This document shows positions 29,588 through 32,000 of a DNA stretch of 32,000 nt, one piece after another; position 1 is the stretch's first letter, and the number at the start of each line of letters is the position of its first letter. The notes under the pieces are model-generated. The model ran no database searches. It saw nothing but the letters and a program-made list of their open reading frames with translations, and had not been told where the DNA came from. The position numbers and the translations under genes were made by a program. Source of the DNA: Thermodesulfatator atlanticus DSM 21156 (GTDB lineage: Bacteria > Desulfobacterota > Thermodesulfobacteria > Thermodesulfobacteriales > Thermodesulfatatoraceae). Location of the stretch: NCBI RefSeq assembly GCF_000421585.1, contig NZ_ATXH01000004.1, forward strand, positions 55,926 through 87,925, in the 5' to 3' direction.

Positions 29588-30420
29588 GCACACACCCCCA
29601 TGATTTTTCGTCCAAAAAATTGAATGCCACCCTCAAACGACGTCCTCTCAAGAGCCGCAAGTTGAAAAACTATTTCTCTTATGGCCTTGCTTGCCGGAGT
29701 GTTGGGATAAATTTCAAGCAGGGGCCTCTGAGCTCGAATTGCCTCTGAAACTTTTTGATCAAAGGGAATTCCGCCAAGAAAATTAAGCGAAATGCTGCCA
29801 AGAAATCTCTCAATCACCCTTAACAACTGGCGGTATATTTCAAGGGCCTGGGCCTTGTTTTTGACAAAATTAACCACCAAATGAAAACGTTTGATGTGAT
29901 GCTTCCTGAAAAGGACTTTTATGAGAGCATAGACGTCTGTTAAAGAGGTGGGCTCAGGCGTACAAATAAGCACCCGCTCCTGAGAAGCCAGGTTTAAGTA
30001 AAGCACGTTTTCGGAAATTCCTGCAGGGGTATCAAGAAAAACATAATCAAGACCAGCGGTAATACGGTCAAACTCCTCTAAAAGGACTAATTTTTGTGTT
30101 TCGGTAAGGTTGGTAAGTTTCACCAGGCCAGAGCTTGCAGGAAGGATTCTGAGCCCCCCCGGGCCACAAACAACTACGTCTTCAATGGCGCAACGACCAG
30201 CAAGTACGTCTCCGATATGAAAACGTGGGCTCAATCCAAACAAAACATCAACATTGGCAAGCCCCAAATCGCCATCAAAAAGAAGAACTTTCTTGTGACA
30301 ACTAAGGGCATACGCCACGTTAGCAGCAAGGGTGGTTTTCCCCACTCCCCCTTTGCCACTTGAAAAGGCAAATACCCTGGGACCTTCAAAACTATTTTTT
30401 TCTTTTTCAAGCGGTAACAT
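29584..30420 (-). CDS. flhG: MinD/ParA-family flagellar number regulator FlhG (FleN/YlxH)
   Basis: Deviant Walker A FSSGKGGVGKTTLAAN, with DGDLGLANVD. It sits between flhF and fliA. Confidence 0.88.
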   Translation of the reverse strand: MLPLEKEKNSFEGPRVFAFSSGKGGVGKTTLAANVAYALSCHKKVLLFDGDLGLANVDVLFGLSPRFHIGDVLAGRCAIEDVVVCGPGGLRILPASSGLVKLTNLTETQKLVLLEEFDRITAGLDYVFLDTPAGISENVLYLNLASQERVLICTPEPTSLTDVYALIKVLFRKHHIKRFHLVVNFVKNKAQALEIYRQLLRVIERFLGSISLNFLGGIPFDQKVSEAIRAQRPLLEIYPNTPASKAIREIVFQLAALERTSFEGGIQFFGRKIMGVCA

Positions 30421-31417
30421 GCCTTGCCTCCAATTCTAAATTCCGCAAAAGAAGTCCCAATAAACGTTTCGGAGTTAGTCTCTCAAAATCTTCTGGCACC
30501 CTATCGCCAGTGGAAATAAAACTCACCGGCGGAAGCCCTGGCAAAAAGAGACTGAATAAAGGCCCCCCTGAAGGAAGCCCCTCCACATGAGTCAAAATAA
30601 GAGATGCCACCGGAAGGTTTTTTAACCTTTGCCAAAGGGAAGGAAGAACAAAAGTAATCTCAGGGGCCCTTACCACCAAATGAAAAGAGACTTCTTCATC
30701 GTCAGCCAGCAAATCTTTTAAATAATACTCTGAAAAACCAGGACCAAAGGCAGGGGTGTCCACCAAAATAAAATCATAGGAAGCAAGCCTTTGTTTTTCC
30801 TTGGCAAATTCTTCCACGCGGGTGAAAAAAAGCGGTAGCTCAAGGAGCCCTGCAAAGCGGCTTATTTGTTCTTTGGCTCCCACCCGAACCGTATCAAGGG
30901 AAACCAGGGCAACTTTCTTGCCCGAGGCTGTAAGGCGTGCGGCAAGTTTTACAAGTGTGGTGGTCTTACCAACACCTGCCTGCCCAATAAAAACCATTGT
31001 TCGCGAAAGTTCTTTAGGGCCAATTTTTTGGGGCACCCTGTCACAGGCGTTTTTAAGAAAAGCCTCACGGCTTGCGTTGCCATTTCCTCCCAAAAGTTTA
31101 ATTACTCTTGCTGGCACTCCCTGTTGCAAAAAAATCTCTGCCCAAGAACCCCGTGGTTTGAGGCTTGCCTCAAGCCCAAGAACGATCTCTTTTAAGGACT
31201 CAATTTCACGCAACACCAGGGAAAAACCCTCTTTTTCCCGGGGCTTTATCTCTGGTTCAGGGGGCTCAAGGTCAATGGCTGCAGTTATCTCATAGAGCCA
31301 GCTGCGGCCTTCTTTCACCCGCCGGGTAGCAAGGATAACAGCGTCTTCTCCCAGGGCTTCTTTTACCTTGGCCAAAGCCTCAACTGATGTTTTGGCGCGA
31401 AATTTTTGTACCTTCAT
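30407..31417 (-). CDS. flhF: Flagellar SRP-type GTPase FlhF, with non-canonical G3/G4 motifs
   Basis: N-terminal MKVQKFRAKTSVEALAKVKEALGEDAVIL, G1 GQAGVGKTTTLVKLAA, DTVRVGAKEQ and the STGDRVPEDFE tail. G3 reads DTPAF and G4 reads THVE. ATGA overlap with the flhA stop. Confidence 0.85.
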   Translation of the reverse strand: MKVQKFRAKTSVEALAKVKEALGEDAVILATRRVKEGRSWLYEITAAIDLEPPEPEIKPREKEGFSLVLREIESLKEIVLGLEASLKPRGSWAEIFLQQGVPARVIKLLGGNGNASREAFLKNACDRVPQKIGPKELSRTMVFIGQAGVGKTTTLVKLAARLTASGKKVALVSLDTVRVGAKEQISRFAGLLELPLFFTRVEEFAKEKQRLASYDFILVDTPAFGPGFSEYYLKDLLADDEEVSFHLVVRAPEITFVLPSLWQRLKNLPVASLILTHVEGLPSGGPLFSLFLPGLPPVSFISTGDRVPEDFERLTPKRLLGLLLRNLELEARHVTA

Positions 31418-32000
31418 CAGGCAAGCCTCACTGTTTCATGGATTTCAACCTGCACCTGTGCTGGAATCTCTGCCTGTGAAATCACCGCAGCTTGCGGCAA
31501 TGAACGTTCAATTAGCCGACGCAGGTGCCGCCTTGAGACAGGTCCTGTTAGAAAAACCGGTGTAAAACCTCGCATTGCAAGCCTTTCCGCCGCTTGGGTG
31601 CAGGCAGCCACAATCCTGCTGCCGGTTCTGGGATCAAGGGTAAGAAAAGTTCCCTGGTCTGTTCGCTGAAGGGCCCTTCTTATGGCTTCTTCGATATCAT
31701 CGGCCACGGCAATAACATGGAGTTTCCCCTCTTCATCAAGATAGGGCTTGACAATCACCCTTGCCAGCCGCTGACGCACGTACTCCGTAAGAAGATCTGG
31801 GTCTTTGATATTTTGCCCATAGTCAGCAATGGTTTCCACGATAGTTAAGAGATCACGAATAGAAACTCGCTCACGGACTAAATTGTGCAATACCTTTTGC
31901 ACCACCCCAAGGTTCACGACGTTTAAGCATTCTTCCACAGCCTTGGGATAATGCTTGGCAAGGGCATCAAGTAAGCGTTGTACTTCCTGGCGTCCTAAAA
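31417..32000 (-). CDS. flhA: Flagellar export apparatus protein FlhA, C-terminal part (5' end outside the window)
   Basis: The frame is open to the window edge: LGRQEVQRLLDALAKHYPKAVEECLNVVNLGVVQKVLHNLVRERVSIRDLLTIVETIADY... This is the typical FlhA cytoplasmic domain. The track's M at 31938 is an internal GTG. Confidence 0.92.
   Translation of the reverse strand, partial: LGRQEVQRLLDALAKHYPKAVEECLNVVNLGVVQKVLHNLVRERVSIRDLLTIVETIADYGQNIKDPDLLTEYVRQRLARVIVKPYLDEEGKLHVIAVADDIEEAIRRALQRTDQGTFLTLDPRTGSRIVAACTQAAERLAMRGFTPVFLTGPVSRRHLRRLIERSLPQAAVISQAEIPAQVQVEIHETVRLA

Noticed and set aside
31112-31128. A sigma-54-like element TGGCACtccctgTTGCA on the + strand
   Set aside because: The GG-to-GC spacing is one nt too long compared with TGGCAC-N5-TTGC. 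The element lies inside flhF on the opposite strand, and there is no + strand gene downstream.
1-32000. Searched for mobile elements, integrases, tRNA/rRNA genes, CRISPR-cas, phage genes and obvious horizontally acquired islands
   Set aside because: No ORF shows transposase, integrase or Cas motifs. No intergenic region is long enough for, or shaped like, a tRNA or rRNA gene. Composition looks uniform by eye.

Overview
Gene-dense window, roughly 95% coding by my ORF boundaries. I saw no rRNA, tRNA, CRISPR array, transposase or integrase. Many genes are coupled by ATGA/GTGA start-stop overlaps, and three convergent gene pairs overlap at their 3' ends. The Glu/Lys-rich proteins and the gene content suggest a thermophilic anaerobe, possibly Thermodesulfobacteriota-like; this is inference only.

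Gene order, left to right:
- kdsA-like 5' fragment (-)
- UPF0280/COG2122 ApbE-like protein
- a sigma-54-activator-family AAA+ protein with degenerate motifs and no HTH
- ilvE (-), ftsY, an atypical adenylate-kinase-like kinase
- a 1392-aa fused double BcrAD/BadFG activase with DUF2229-type domains
- a CBS/ACT protein, COG1900(DUF39) homocysteine-biosynthesis protein and LarE-like PP-loop sulfurtransferase trio
- a coiled-coil protein carrying 6 x 42-bp in-frame tandem repeats (-)
- tyrS (-), hypE (-) overlapping an AmmeMemoRadiSam-type radical SAM gene (-)
- cheX, cobU
- a coupled mrp, DUF4213/DUF364 and small membrane protein trio
- a double M16 peptidase (-)
- a five-gene YeeE, TusA, DsrE-like and two small unknown proteins operon; the last is a 59-aa ORF missing from the supplied track
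- hpt (-)
- a minus-strand flagellar/chemotaxis operon: flhA (partial), flhF, flhG, fliA, cheY, FliL-like, 61-aa basic protein, DUF2802-like, FliK-like, 145-aa helical protein

The best candidate for a poorly understood system is the YeeE-TusA-DsrE-like-chp-chp sulfur-trafficking operon (22321-24727). Secondary candidates:
- the CBS/COG1900/LarE-like cluster
- the degenerate sigma-54 activator
- the giant activase fusion
- the repeat-bearing coiled-coil / nuclease-like protein
- a ~28-nt hairpin-forming motif shared by two intergenic regions

All family assignments come from motif recognition by eye; no searches were run.
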